From assembly GCA_039621445.1 (NCBI GenBank), contig CP154954.1, positions 16,634,140 to 16,698,139 on the forward strand: 64,000 nucleotides of DNA, given 5' to 3'. The position numbers and the translations under genes were made by a program. The notes under the pieces are model-generated. The model made no database searches and was not told where the DNA came from. It saw nothing but the letters and a program-made list of their open reading frames with translations. This document shows, one piece after another, positions 38,101-50,850 of the stretch. This DNA comes from Euglena gracilis. Its lineage: Eukaryota. Each line of letters starts with the position of its first letter. The stretch's first letter is position 1.

Positions 38101-39456
38101 AGGGCACCTGAAACGGAGCTGTAAGTGAACGGCCACCCAGCATGGAATGTGTGCAGAGGACTGTCTGTCCCTGGACCTCAATGATGACGGGTGTCCCTAA
38201 AGTTAGCAAAAGTGACCCTTTTATAATATATAATATTATATAATATCTTAATATATATATATATACATATAAGATATAAGAATAAGTATGTTATTAGAGT
38301 AGAGATAGTATGGATATGATAGAGATATTAGGTGAGATGATGAGAGAGATAGAGAGGAGAGACACAGTATAGGGATATATGATATATATATAGAAAAAAA
38401 GAGAGTAGAAGTATGGTGGTATTATGGGAGAGATGAGAGATTACATATTAGTGATAAAAATAATATATATATAATATATATAATAATATATAATACTTGA
38501 TAGATATAAATAAGATATAATATAATTATAATAAAAATGTTATTAGAATATAATATATACAATTATATTGCATATATATATATATATATTATACTATACA
38601 TTTTTCCCGCACATTTCTGCAGTGGTCCGTGGCGTGTGGTTTGGCCATATGCCACAGACTACTGCAGAGATTTGCGGGGGGAAATAAAAACACATGCCAG
38701 ATACAAAAAACACTGTGTGTAATGACTTTGATATGCTTTTATTTTGTGTAATACACACAAGGTTTTTGCTGATTGAGCCATCCTTTCTTGCATCCTTTTT
38801 AACACCTTGTCATATTTTTTTCATGTGTTGGTGTTAAGTTTCATCCTTCGATGGCGTACAGTGGCAATTGTATGATAATATGTTTGTCACCACGGGGGGG
38901 GGGGTGTAAACCACATGGTGGTGCATTCTGCTTTCTCCCTATGAAGGCATATCCTTCAACCTCACCATTTTTCGCAGTTTCTGGGGTCGAGGTGCAAAGG
39001 AAGAAAGAAATCGCCTAGAAGCCAGAAAAAAACCTCTGTCAGACATAGAAACGTTCGGTCTGCATTCCACGCTGTCTGTCATTTGCAGGCGTCGCCAAGC
39101 CTATGGACCGTTCTGTCGGTTTCCCCACTCACTGAACCAAGGTGGGGCCCCAATTTTTGTTGTGGTCTTGGTGCGAAAGCTCTTGGAAGCTCTGCAAGTC
39201 TTCCGAATCGTGCGTCGCGTTCCCTCTGCTTGCGACCCAGCTCGGGCTTGCATCCGTCCGTGTGGGCCCCCACCTGATTGGTCCACCCCGAAGGGTTCAT
39301 GGCAGGCAAATGACTGGTCTTTTTGCTCACTTTCCTGTGATTGGTTCCCAGGGGGGGGGGGAATTCCCCAAGAAGGAAGGAAGGAAAGAAGGAAGAGTGG
39401 ACAAAATGGCCGAAAGTAACCGTGACTTTCGTGACCAAAATTGACCAAATGCGCTC

Positions 39457-39730
39457 AAAAGCAGTCAAAAGCAGCCAAAAGTTTGCAACGTTGCCAAACG
39501 TTGCCTAAAAGCGGCCAAAAGTTGCCAAAAGTTGGCAAAAGCGGCCAAAAGCAACAACAGCAGCTAAAATAGCATAAAAGTTGCCAAAGAGCAACTAGAA
39601 GCAGCCAAAGAATGCTTAAACTGGCCAGAAGTCACAAAAAAATTAGCCAAATATAAGCGAAAGCGACCAAAAATGGCCCAAGGCCCCTAAAAGCCTCCCA
39701 AAAGCAGCCAAAACAGCCAAAACTGGCAGA
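39457..39730. repeat. Degenerate ~10-bp tandem repeat CAAAAGYNGC (phased A-tracts)
   Basis: CAAAAGCAGT CAAAAGCAGC CAAAAGTTTG ... CAAAAGTTGC CAAAAGTTGG CAAAAGCGGC. Confidence 0.85.
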
Positions 39731-40499
39731 AGTGTCTTAAAAGTGCAGTATGTGGTCGGGTACATGCTCATTTTTTATTGACTCCCCCTCAAATGCCCGA
39801 CTACCTGCCGGCCAGGGCCGAGCCGGGCTGACTAGAGCACCAAAGTGGGAAGTGGCCGTAGGTGCTGGAGGGGGAAAATGTCTGACCTGGACATTTGCTG
39901 TTGGGAAATATACAGCCAGGAAAAATATTGGACAAATGCTTAAATGTAGGTGGAAAAAAATTCTGGACGAAAACGTCTCTTGAACCCATTTTTCTAAATT
40001 AAGCAAAGAACACATTTTTTTTGGATGATCAATGCACTTTCTAACAGGTGATTTGGAACAAAAATGCATTCCAAGAATTGGTGCAAAGCACCGAAGAAAT
40101 CCCTTGGGCGTCCACTGGAGTTAATTGTATTTTTCTTAAATTTGCCAAGAAAAATCCTTGATGGATCTTTAAAATGGCAGGGAAAATCAAAATTTCGTCC
40201 AAAATGTTTCCCACAACAATTTCTCCTGTCAAGTCCCCCCCCCCCAGGTGGAGGCCTTTGTTTTAAGCACTCCCTTTTCTCTACAAATTTAACTTTTCCT
40301 GCGTTTCCTCTATGAATATCAAATTGAATAATGGACCCCAAAGGTGAAGGAGAATAACGACTTTCGGCGCGACGTGGAGGATTCCAGTCAGTCCTCTTTG
40401 TCCAAGCACCACTCCCTGGTTCTGCCCACATTATGTGTTTATTGGAATAAGCACCCTACACCATGGTCTTCCACAAAGAAGGCGTCACATTTTGGCTTT

Positions 40500-40844
<345 letters not shown>

Positions 40845-42610
40845 TCTGGACCCCTCTCTCCTGCCAAGGGAACAAGGAACCCCCAAAACGTCCACTTTTC
40901 TTTTCTTACGGCACTTTGCAGCAATTTTTTTTTGAAAATTTGTCAAATTTTTGCTATTGGAAGTGCCACAAGTCCCGGCCGACCTCATCCCAGTTCCCCA
41001 TCAGCGCAGCTCATCCCGCTGTACTTCTGCCCATCTGCGTGGAAGGGCCCTGGACTTTGCACTCAGTGTGTGTTTTTTGACTGAATAGTTCAAGGGGAAA
41101 ACACCGGCAACATCGTCCTCACATTGCGTTTCTTGGTGCATTCCTGCGCCATTTGTGATATGGTGCCCCAAAAACCCCCTCCCCTTCTTGTCCCCAACAC
41201 AGTAGGTCGTTGACCCCCCCCCCGGTCCAGATCTGTGCCATGTCTTGGCCAGGGGGTATACCACCCTCTGGTCTCTTGGGTCATCGGGGTCGATGCGGCT
41301 GGGGCTGATGGGACATTTTCCCCATTTTGTGCAAGGCGTATCGGGGGTCGCCAGAAATGACCGAAAGTGACACACGACTCCGAAGGAGCCGGAAGAAAAT
41401 TCCCTCAAAAAATACACCCCCTCCGAAGCTTACCCGGGGGAATTTATGTCGGAGTGAGGATACAACAATCTTAAACGGTCTTTTATCATGGCATCCCCAC
41501 CGCATCCCCCTTCCAATTTTCAGGTTTTCTTTCAAGGATTCCTCCAGAATGGTACTGTTCTCCGATGTTCTCTTTTTCACATGTTCTTGACCCAAAAAAA
41601 AACCAATCTGTGGACCAATCACCCCTGGTTGGGGGGGATTGGAGCCCAATAAGCAACGGTATGAACGGGTGACATCAAACAAACGGAGTGGGGTTTCGAT
41701 GCAGTGATTGGATGGTTATTTTGAACCGACCAAGCCTTTTTCTTTGGAGCCGCATGAAAGCCCTTTGGACCTGTTGGGAAAACAGAGCCAGGGATGGTGT
41801 TGCAGCCAGGCTGCTGTTCATTTTTGAACATACCCTGGATTGCTCTGCACGCCCCTTCACCAGCTGCCCCCAACCCCAGGACCGCCAAGTTGGGGTTTTC
41901 TTTAAATAAATAAAAAAGACCCATGAGGGGGGGGGGTCGTGTGGGTTGGCTGAAATAAGGTGCTGGCTTAACCCCACCCATAGGGGTGGGGTGTCCGGGG
42001 GTAAGGGTCCTGTCCAGAGATTTCTTTTAAAACCGCGGGAGAGGGGGGTCCCCCACCCACCCAGGGGGTACCCCCAACCCCCTAACTCCCCCCCAGGGGA
42101 GGGGGGTCCGGGAGACCCACTTTTGGGGGTCAATTTGGGGGTCAAGAAGTCAAGAAGAAAACTCGGCTATTCGCGCCGAAAAAGCCAAAACCCACGGGGA
42201 CCCACAGCGCCCTTGCGGGTACCTGGGGGGGGGGGGTCGGCGGGCTCACCGACCCCCCCCCCCGGAGGGTCCAAAGTTTAAAAATCCCTGGCCTTGCCAA
42301 CTTGCAGCTGGACCTGGCTTTGACGGCAATCAGCCATTTCATGTGCGTTCCGTGTCCTGTGGTCTTGCCGGTGAAAATGCGTTTTTTGGAAAAATAGTTG
42401 GTGGGTGGCCTGGGCCTGGGTAAAAGTGCCCCCCCCCCCCCTCGAGAGGTCACTGAGTGAATCTACGCCTGCACCCTTCATGCCTTGTTTTTCCGCACTG
42501 GTTGGATGGGGAGTCTTGTCTTTGCCCATCCGCAACCCACGTCAACCACCAGCTTCCCCCTCTCGCATATGTTTTAAAGCGACTGCAAGAAGGATGTTTT
42601 CTTTCAAATG

Positions 42611-42870
42611 CAGGGTACCCCCCCCTAGTCGTATGACCGGGTTCCTGCAACCTGTGACCGGGGGGGGGGGTCATAACACCCCCATAACCTGCAACCTGTG
42701 ACCGGGGGGTGGTCAAAATGAGGGGGCGGTCGAAGGTAAGGTGGTGTTAAATTTTTCGAAAACCTGCAACCTGTGACCGGGGGGGGGTCATAACACCCCC
42801 ATGACCTGCAACCTGTGACCGGGGGGTGGTCATAAATGAGGGGTGGTCATACGCCTAGGGGGGGGGGGTA
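42611..42870 (+). mobile_element. MITE-like element with four internal CCTGCAACCTGTGACC repeats
   Basis: Terminal inverted repeats TACCCCCCCCTAGTCGTATGACC and GGTCATACGCCTAGGGGG...GTA. Partial copies at 18351 and 19446. Confidence 0.8.
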
Positions 42871-43296
42871 ACAGAACAATCTTCAACATATTTCATTGAA
42901 ATCAAGATTTCAAAGACTCCATTGAAAAATAAGCAAAAAAGGGACGAGATTTCGCTGTCTCTCTGGGGTGGGGTCAAAATCGATCGGGTGTGCGTCCGGC
43001 TGAACTGCAAGGTGCCACCCGATTCAGGGTGCCACCCACCTGATTGATTTTTGTCGCCAAATGCACAGCAGCATGGAGCAAATTTTGAAATAGATTGACA
43101 GCCTCGACAGAAACCAGACAAACAAAGCCCAAAAGACAGCTGGCTTGGAGCCTTTCAGCCGAGGATTTGGAAATGAAAAACCAAAACCGCCCTCGAAAAT
43201 GCCGTTTTTTTCTGGGCCATTTTTGATCCTTCTTTTTCTGAAATTTTCAATGCTTTTGCATCGAAAAAATTTTCTGTCCAGCCGGGCTGCCCCAAC

Positions 43297-43977
43297 CAGG
43301 TTTTTTTTTTAACGGAAGTGCAGCCCCCTTGGGGGTAGGTGCTATGGGCAGGCGTGGGTGGGCTGGGGGGGGGGGAGGGTTTTGGGGTGGGTCGTGCTAC
43401 AGCACACCCCCGGCCAGGGTTCGATATAAGGAGGGCGTACATGGTTTAGGTGGGGGGGTGCCCCCCCCACCCCCCCCTCCTGGCCCGCAGGGGGGGGGTC
43501 CGGACCACCCCCCACCTGCAAGGGGGGTCCGGACCGACCCTCGGGGGGTACCCGGGACCCCCCCCCAAAAAAGGGTCAATTTTTTCCTCCGGCGCTTTGC
43601 GCCGAAAATTTTTTGCATTTTTGGCCAATTTTTGGTCGTTTTGGGGGGTCAAAATTTTTCGGCCCGGCGCAAAGCGCCGGGCCGAAAATTGGTCACCCTG
43701 ACCGCGCCACTAGGAAGGTACCCGGGGGGGGGGGGGGGTGCCCCCCCCACCCCCCCCCCCGCCTGGCCCGCAGGGGGGGGCCCGACCACCCCCCCCTCCT
43801 CTCCTTATATCGAACCCTGCCCCCGGCGCCAAAGGCGCCAGGGGCCCGAAAATGGGAATTTTCAAAAAAGGAAATTTGGCTGGGTCGGCGCAGGTACCGT
43901 GTGCCTGCTATGGGCAGGCACCCCATACCACAAGGCACCCCCCTCCCCTCCCCCTGGGGTTGGTAAAAAGAAGCCTG
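43297..43977. mobile_element. hAT-type MITE (outer) containing a nested MITE
   Basis: CAGGTTTTTTTT...AAAAAGAAGCCTG termini; 8-bp TSD GCCCCAAC (43289-43296) / GCCCCGAC (43978-43985), one mismatch. Confidence 0.7.
43415..43819. mobile_element. hAT-type MITE (inner, young)
   Basis: Perfect 19-bp TIR CAGGGTTCGATATAAGGAG; perfect 8-bp TSD CCCCCGGC (43407-43414 / 43820-43827). Confidence 0.92.
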
Positions 43978-44226
43978 GCCCCGACCCAGGTGGGGGGTTG
44001 GCTGCCCGGCACTCAAGGCACCCAGATCCGACCCGGGGGGGGGGGGGTCATGCCAAACTGGCACTTGTCCACGGCACGCTGGCGCCGAAGGCTGCGGAAG
44101 GTCAGGAAAAGCCCATCACACAGGTGTTAAGTCAATCGATGGTGCAGAAAGCACTTTTGCTGGCTTAGCCTGGGCGCCCTGTTGAAGCGCGCCAGGCTGA
44201 GCAACGTAAGGCTAAACTGCCACAAG

Positions 44227-44669
44227 CAGACATTTGCTTATGGACCCCGGGGGGGGGGTACTGGCTAGCCAATCGGCCAGACACTGGAAAAAATGGAGGT
44301 GCTAGACCCCCGGGGGGGGGGGGGGAGTCCGGGGGTACCCCCAACTGGAAAAAGATTTTTCCTCCGGCGCTGCGCGCCGAGGTGGAAATGAGGTTTTTAA
44401 TAAGTTTTTGGCTGATTCTGTTCCAAAAATTCCCAAAAATGGCCAAAACCGGGCATTTTTGGCCATTTGGAGGGGGGGGGGGTTCCAAAGAAATTTTCCG
44501 GCGCTTCGCGCCGGTCACTGAAAAAAAAATTTCCACTAGCTAACCCTGCTAGCAGACCCCCCCCCCAGGGGGGGTCTGCTAGGAATGCCACTAGCCAAAT
44601 TTGGACCCGCTGCAGTCCGCCCCCCCCCCCCGGGGGGGGGGGTACTGCAATCCCTTAAGCAGAAGCCTG
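44227..44669. mobile_element. hAT-type MITE
   Basis: Imperfect TIRs CAGACATTTGCTTATGG / CCTTAAGCAGAAGCCTG; perfect 8-bp TSD GCCACAAG (44219-44226 / 44670-44677). Confidence 0.88.
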
Positions 44670-44945
44670 GCCACAAGCCATCGCATTTCCAGCATGGAAC
44701 GACCCAGGAAAATGGAGGCCGGGGAGGGGGGGGAAGGCCTCTCAACGTTTCTGCCGTGTCAAACTTTGCATCAATGCGGGAAGATGCAAGTTGCATCTGT
44801 AAGTATCCTGAGATCCTGCCAGAGTGAATATCCAACTGATATTTTGGGCCACATATCAGTGCGGGCTGTGGTGCCTTGTGCTGGCTATTCCCAGAGGGTT
44901 TTGCAGAAGTGGGCGGTGGCACAGCGGCACCACGCCACCTGACAA

Positions 44946-44946
<1 letters not shown>

Positions 44947-45040
<94 letters not shown>
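44947..45040. repeat. (CA)n microsatellite
   Basis: Visible tandem repeat. Confidence 0.97.
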
Positions 45041-45044
<4 letters not shown>

Positions 45045-47148
45045 CAAACGCACGCGCGCACACACACAGGCATGTGCAGGCAAGAACGGTATAGATGGGG
45101 CTTGCCCAGTAGGGCTGCAACGATCCAGCCGCTGCCCCAACCCTGGGATTAAACACTTATTTTCTTTATTTGCGGTACATTTATTTATGTTGGAAGCTCA
45201 GCTCATGAAAACGACAGACCCTAACTAAGCCTTCGCTTGAGAACCTCCGGGCCTCGACCTCCGAGGGTGCGGACTAAAATTCACTTGCTTGAAAGACAGC
45301 TGCTTCAACACAGGGCTGAGGGCAGGAGCAACCCGGGGCTGAACTGGGCACCAAAAAAAGCGAAAATTGCAAAAAATGTATAAAAAAGTGTAGAAAAATG
45401 TGGATAATGGCTCAAAACTCGCATCTATGTTGAAAAATGACCATATTTGTGAAATTTTGCTGGTTCCCTTCCAGCAAAAAGGTCCAAAAGCAGGATTTTT
45501 GTAAATTTGGGAAGATGCTGATTCTGGGAATATGGAATTTTTTGAGTGAAAAAAAGGCAAAAAAATGACGAAAACTTTGGTATCAGGTATAATCTGGTCC
45601 GGGATGCTAAATTTTTCTTGGTCAAATTATTTCTCAACAGAAATTGGAGAAAAGCCTTTTTTTTAAAAAAAAATTGCCAAATTTTGTCAAAAATTTGTGA
45701 ATTTTGGCAAATTTTGGCAAATTTGCAACAAAATAACAAAAAATCACTTCCCTTGTAAACGCTCAATGAATGTCCGGAACTCATTTTGCCTTCCATGCGG
45801 AAAAAATGCGGAAAGGGAAAAAAAACTGCAGAAAAAATTGCGGAAATCGCGGAAAAATTGCGGATATCAGTTTCCCACCCTGAGTGCTACTACCCCCCCC
45901 CCCTTGCCCACCGGGGGGGAGGGGTGTCAGTGGGCTGGTTTGGAGTGCGGCCACGGTAAGCGCCAGCCATCCCCATTGACTGCCGCCCAGATGGGGGACT
46001 GGCACAGATTCATTGAACCTCTGCGTGACCCAATGGGGTAGGGGTCAGAGGGTATTTTTAGGACCCGGGGGGGGGGTCCGGACCCCCACCCACCCCCTGG
46101 GAGGAGGGGTCTTGGGGGAACCCTTTTGGGGTCAATTTTGGGTCCAAAAGAATTTTCGGCGCTTTGTGCCGAAAATGGAGTGAAAACCCTCCTCTCGCGG
46201 GGTACCCACTTGTCCCAACCCCAACCCCCAGGGGAGGGTGAGGGGCTCGGCCTGGACCTGCTCACCCCACTGGGTCACCAAACTATGAAAAAAAGTCTCT
46301 GTTGGTGGGTTTTGAGTCGGTGTTTGACATAAAAACATGCAGGGGGGGGATCTGACCGGGAACAATTGGTATGGGGGTGGGGAACCTGGAGGGGGTTTGC
46401 CGGTTGGTTCAAGAAAAAGGTGCTGGCTTGGAAGAGAAAAAAGGGGCTGGCTGGACCTTCTGCCGAGGGGCATCTGGGGGGACAGGTCCGAAGCTGATCT
46501 GGAGCCCGAAAGTGGCAAAAAAAAGTCCAAACCCACCTAGGTTGGGATTTTTCCGCCGGACAGCCCCAGAAAAAAAAATTCCGTTTTTAAAACCATTTTG
46601 ACCCTTCTTTTGGGGCTTTGTGCTGACGACTTTTGCGGGCCAGCCCAGCTTTGCCCGGTTGGCCCCAACGTTCCTTCGGCAGACCCCAGCAGGCGGGGTC
46701 CACAACCCAGCTGGCGAAGAGGGGGGAAGATGCCGGCTGGCTTGACCGCCCGGGGGTGGGTCTTTCCGGCTTAAAAAAACCACCGGCTTTATATTTAACA
46801 AACCTGCGGGTGGGGGCGGGGCTTGTGGAAGGGTGGGCCTGCTCACGGCTCCCTGTAGGGTATCAGTTTTGAGTCTCGGCCAGGTCCGACCCAGGTAACT
46901 TTATCCTAAAATGGCAAACCTCAGCCAGGCATCGTTTTGAGATGCCTTTAAAACGTTTTAAAAAAAAAACCTCAAAAGTTCAAAAAAAAACTTTGGGTTA
47001 AAATGCCTTTAATACCTTCAAAGAAAAACTTTGCAAATCATTGCGGCAAAATTTTTGTCGACTGAGCGAAAATGCAGTTGCCAAATCTCCACAACAGCAA
47101 GCCAATTGCCACTGAGGGGAAAAAAAGTATTTCTGGCATCGTTTGGAA

Positions 47149-47450
47149 CATGCTTGTGCTTACCGACCGGGGGGGGGAGGGGGGGGTGGGTGCTATAGGG
47201 TGCCTGCCCCTAGCAGGCACCCCCCCCCCCCCCGGGGGGGGATAGGGGTCCGGGCCGGACCCAGAAAATTTTCATTGAAAATGGCCTTTTCCGGGCCCCC
47301 GGCGCCTTCGGCGCCGGGGTCGGAGGGGGGTCGGATCCCCCAAAACCCTACCCCCCCCGGGGGGGGGGGGCGGATCGGGTGCTATGGGGTGTCTGCCCCT
47401 AGCACCCACCCCCCCCCCGTGGGGTAGGCACCCGACTAAGGGAAAGCCTA
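47149..47450. mobile_element. hAT-type MITE
   Basis: Imperfect TIRs CATGCTTGTGCTTA / TAAGGGAAAGCCTA; 8-bp TSD GTTTGGAA (47141-47148 / 47451-47458). Confidence 0.8.
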
Positions 47451-50400
47451 GTTTGGAACATTGCCAACGCCGGGGAGGGGCGGCAAGCCCCCCGAGGGGG
47501 ATCCACCCCCAAAAATGGGGGTTTCGCCTATTTTGATCATCGACCCCGTTTGATGCTCGGATGGCCCTTGGACCGCCCTCAGGAAACTGAATCTTAGGAC
47601 ATCTTAAAAACGCCTTCAAAAACCCCTGAGAAAGTCCTTTACAAACCTTAATATTTATATTTTCTTTGGTTGTTGGGGATTGGGCATAGATAATGGTGGT
47701 GGGAAAAAGTTGGGCAGGTTTCTTAAAATGATTCGGAAACATTTGGGCACTCTTTGGAAATCGGTCTGGGAAACTGATACCAGACAGTGAAAAAAATGGG
47801 GGAATCCTGAAAAAGGTCCGAAATATTTGGGCGGGTTTTGCCAACCAACTTTTTTTTACGAAATTCTCCCTCGCGTGGATGGCACCCAAGGAGGTTCCAA
47901 TGCCCTTGCTGCAGAAAAGGTGATGCAATGGCTCTGGACTGTCCCCTCGTCTCGACTGGAGACAGGGCTTGGTTTTCCTGGACTTTGCTTGTTGGATAGA
48001 GAAAACGAAATGCCATTCTTCATTTTGAAGGTTGTTTTGGTTCTTTCTGGCATCCCTCCACAAGAACAACCCCTCTCCATTGAGGCGACGGATGACCCTT
48101 GTACAGCAGCGAAAAGTATTCCATGTTTTCTTTCTGGACACTGGCGCCCCAGAATTTTGTTAAAAAAGGATGTTTTCCCCCAACATATAAGGTACATCAA
48201 ACTCCCACCCGGCCAAGTCATGTCACCCAGAAGAAGAGTACCTCTATGAATTCCAACCAAAATTGAATTGGTTCTGAAGCCCCCAAATTTGTAACTTAAA
48301 CAAAAACGAAAAACTATAAAAAGATCTCTGCCGATGAGATGATGAGATGCTCGACCTCTGCAGTGTCCAAGTGGTGTTCTTTTCTGCAGCCGCACCGCCA
48401 GACCAAAAAGACGCACCGCCGGCTTTCTGGTCCGCACCGAAATGTCCACACCGGAAGGTGAAGACCATTTGGTGAGGCAGTCACCAGAAACAGACACATT
48501 ACAAATTACAGGCACTTTACCCAAATTTTTGTCACCCGTAATTGTTGTCCGCCTTGTGAGGCCAGGGACGCCTGACCTGTTTCTCCTTTTTGGAGCATGC
48601 AATGCTTCCAGCTCAATGATAAAATTGCACAAACGTTAGCACGTATTGACTCTTGCTCTCAGAAAATCTGGGGACTTCTAGGCCCCAAGCAACCCTTTCA
48701 GCCCCAAGCAGTCCTGCGCAGGAGGCAGGGGGCTGAGGGCTGCGAAGTGCCTGCAAGGCAGGAACCCCGCACCGCTTGAACCAAACTAGGGGTTACTGGG
48801 CTTTGGCTGCGGAGGACACACTCAGAGAGTTGGGCAGGGAGGTGCTTGAGCAGGTTGTTGGGGAGGGGGGTTTCGCACAGGGGTGCTGGCAATGTGCACT
48901 GGCCAAAGAATCCGGAAGCCACTGGATGTATGTGTGCTGTGTCTTTTGCTGTCACAAGCTATAAAGCTGGACAAGAAATGCGCGGCGGCACATTAGTGCT
49001 TCGTGTGCCGCACATCGTTGCCAGGAGGCTGAATTTGACCAACCCCGGGTGGGGAAGGGGGTATCGGAGTTCCGGGTGTGTTTCCATGCAGGCGATACCC
49101 CCAGGGGTCATACCTACCTCAGAAATCTGCCCAGAACAGGTCCCTTTGGGGACCCCAGAAGGGTTTGCACCTTTGCACCGGTGGTGGGGGTCAATCCCCA
49201 CCACCCATGGGGTTTCGGGCATTCCTAAACTGCCTCCCCCCCCCAGGGGGCTTGGACTCATCTCGCGGGGGAGTGAAAAAAATTTTCGATCGAAAAGGCA
49301 CTCAAACCCCCACTTTTCATCATTTCGACTTTTTCTTGAAAATAATCTTTTAGGGTCATTTTTCCGGGTTTGTCTCAGAAAGAAAATTTCGAAACCCCAA
49401 TCGCCCAACAATGTCGGCCAATTTCTTAAAGTAAGTACCAGTACTTTGCATCGGAAACTTTCGGCTCGACCCATACCCAGGCCCTCCAGCACGAGAGCCA
49501 CTCTTGTGCATGAAAAGCACAAGAGTGGCAAAACGTCCAATTGCGAAGCCATTTTATTTATACCACATCATCCTTACCATGGACCCTGAAGTATTTCCCT
49601 TGAACCTTGGGCTCTGGGTCTGAGTTGCAGGACAGCTCCGCATTTGTGGCAGAAAAAAATGCGCGGCTCGTATCATGTTTCGGGTTGAGCCAAGCCAGTG
49701 GGGTGAACAACCCCAGACAGAAAACATCACCCATGGGAGGGGGTCCGAGTCTGGGAATTGAAGCCGTCACCCCAAACAAAATATCAGTCAGCCACCTCCC
49801 TCTCTGGGTGTCTCGGTGTGAAGGAAACAGCAAACTCTGGGGTGGGGCAGCCAGGCGGACCGCCTGAGCCTAAGCCTCAGCAGGAGCCTTGGGACGACCC
49901 GGCAGAAGGGGCAACAGACAGGACTGGAAAGGCTTGGGAGAGGAGGTCTTCCAAACACCCACCCCTTGGCTCCATCGTGGCAGGGATGAACTCTGTGCCC
50001 ATATGGTGCATCCAGGGGAGTCCATGTGTTCCACCTGAGGCTCACTTTCGGGGAAAGCCAGGGGGATTTCTTAGGATTAGGGTCACGGCTGGACTCCCGA
50101 GAACTCCCTTTTTTTTGAATTTGGCCCTGTTCCGGAAGAAGTTAGGCCGAAGATGGTCAGGAAAATTTAGACAAAAAAGGTCTAGCAGGCTTTCTGGGCG
50201 GTGGATCTCGCACTTCAGCTTTTTTTCTTTGTTGATGTGGGCAAATGCTCGCCTCGACATTTTTTTATGTAAGTCCTAAACCGGCTGACCGCTTGTTACG
50301 AGTTTTGCAACACCCATCAGGAAACACAAAGGTTTCAAACCAATTTTATTATCCTAACGAGCGGTGTAATTACATCCTGAGCGACAGCTTGTGCTTCTGT

Positions 50401-50602
50401 CTGTCAAACAGGTTGGATGTACACGCTGGTTGTTGCGCCCAGAGGTATTGGTGTGTACGTACCGCCTGTTCTTGCTGTGTGTTGCATCCCAGTTTTGTGC
50501 CGAGCGATGCCACCATTTTGAACTTCTAGAAAAAAAGGCAGGTGGTATGTTTCTTGTGGTAATAAAAATAATTTAGATACCTAACTTCAGATGAACCAGA
50601 CA

Positions 50603-50850
50603 CGGTCAGTGTGCGCATTTGCACACACCGGCGATGTGCGCATTTGTGCACACCTTATTTGTGTTAGTGGTCAATGTACGCATGTGCGCACATCGACCAC
50701 TTTGCCTTTCTTGTGTGAATGGTTGGTGTGCACAAATGCGCACATCGACCATTCACAAAAATACAAGTGGTCGATGTGCGCAAATACGCACACCGACCAC
50801 TCACACAATTGCACAGGTGGCCGGTGTACACGAATGTGCAAATCGACCCT
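50603..50850. repeat. Array of ~32-bp imperfect palindromes, consensus TGGTCGATGTGCGCAAATGCGCACATCGACCA
   Basis: Units at ~50603, 50630, 50668, 50720, 50768 and 50818, plus an outlier at ~51079. Confidence 0.85.

Noticed and set aside
38220-38600. AT/GA-rich low-complexity block
   Set aside because: No unit structure; probably degenerate microsatellite or noisy sequence.
42015-42290. Additional CAG...CTG MITE candidate (also 46046-46301)
   Set aside because: The termini are suggestive, but the flanking 8-mers do not form convincing TSDs.
50603-50850. CRISPR-like array of palindromic repeats with spacers
   Set aside because: The repeats are degenerate, the spacers are only 16-20 bp and resemble each other, there are no cas genes, and the context is eukaryotic.
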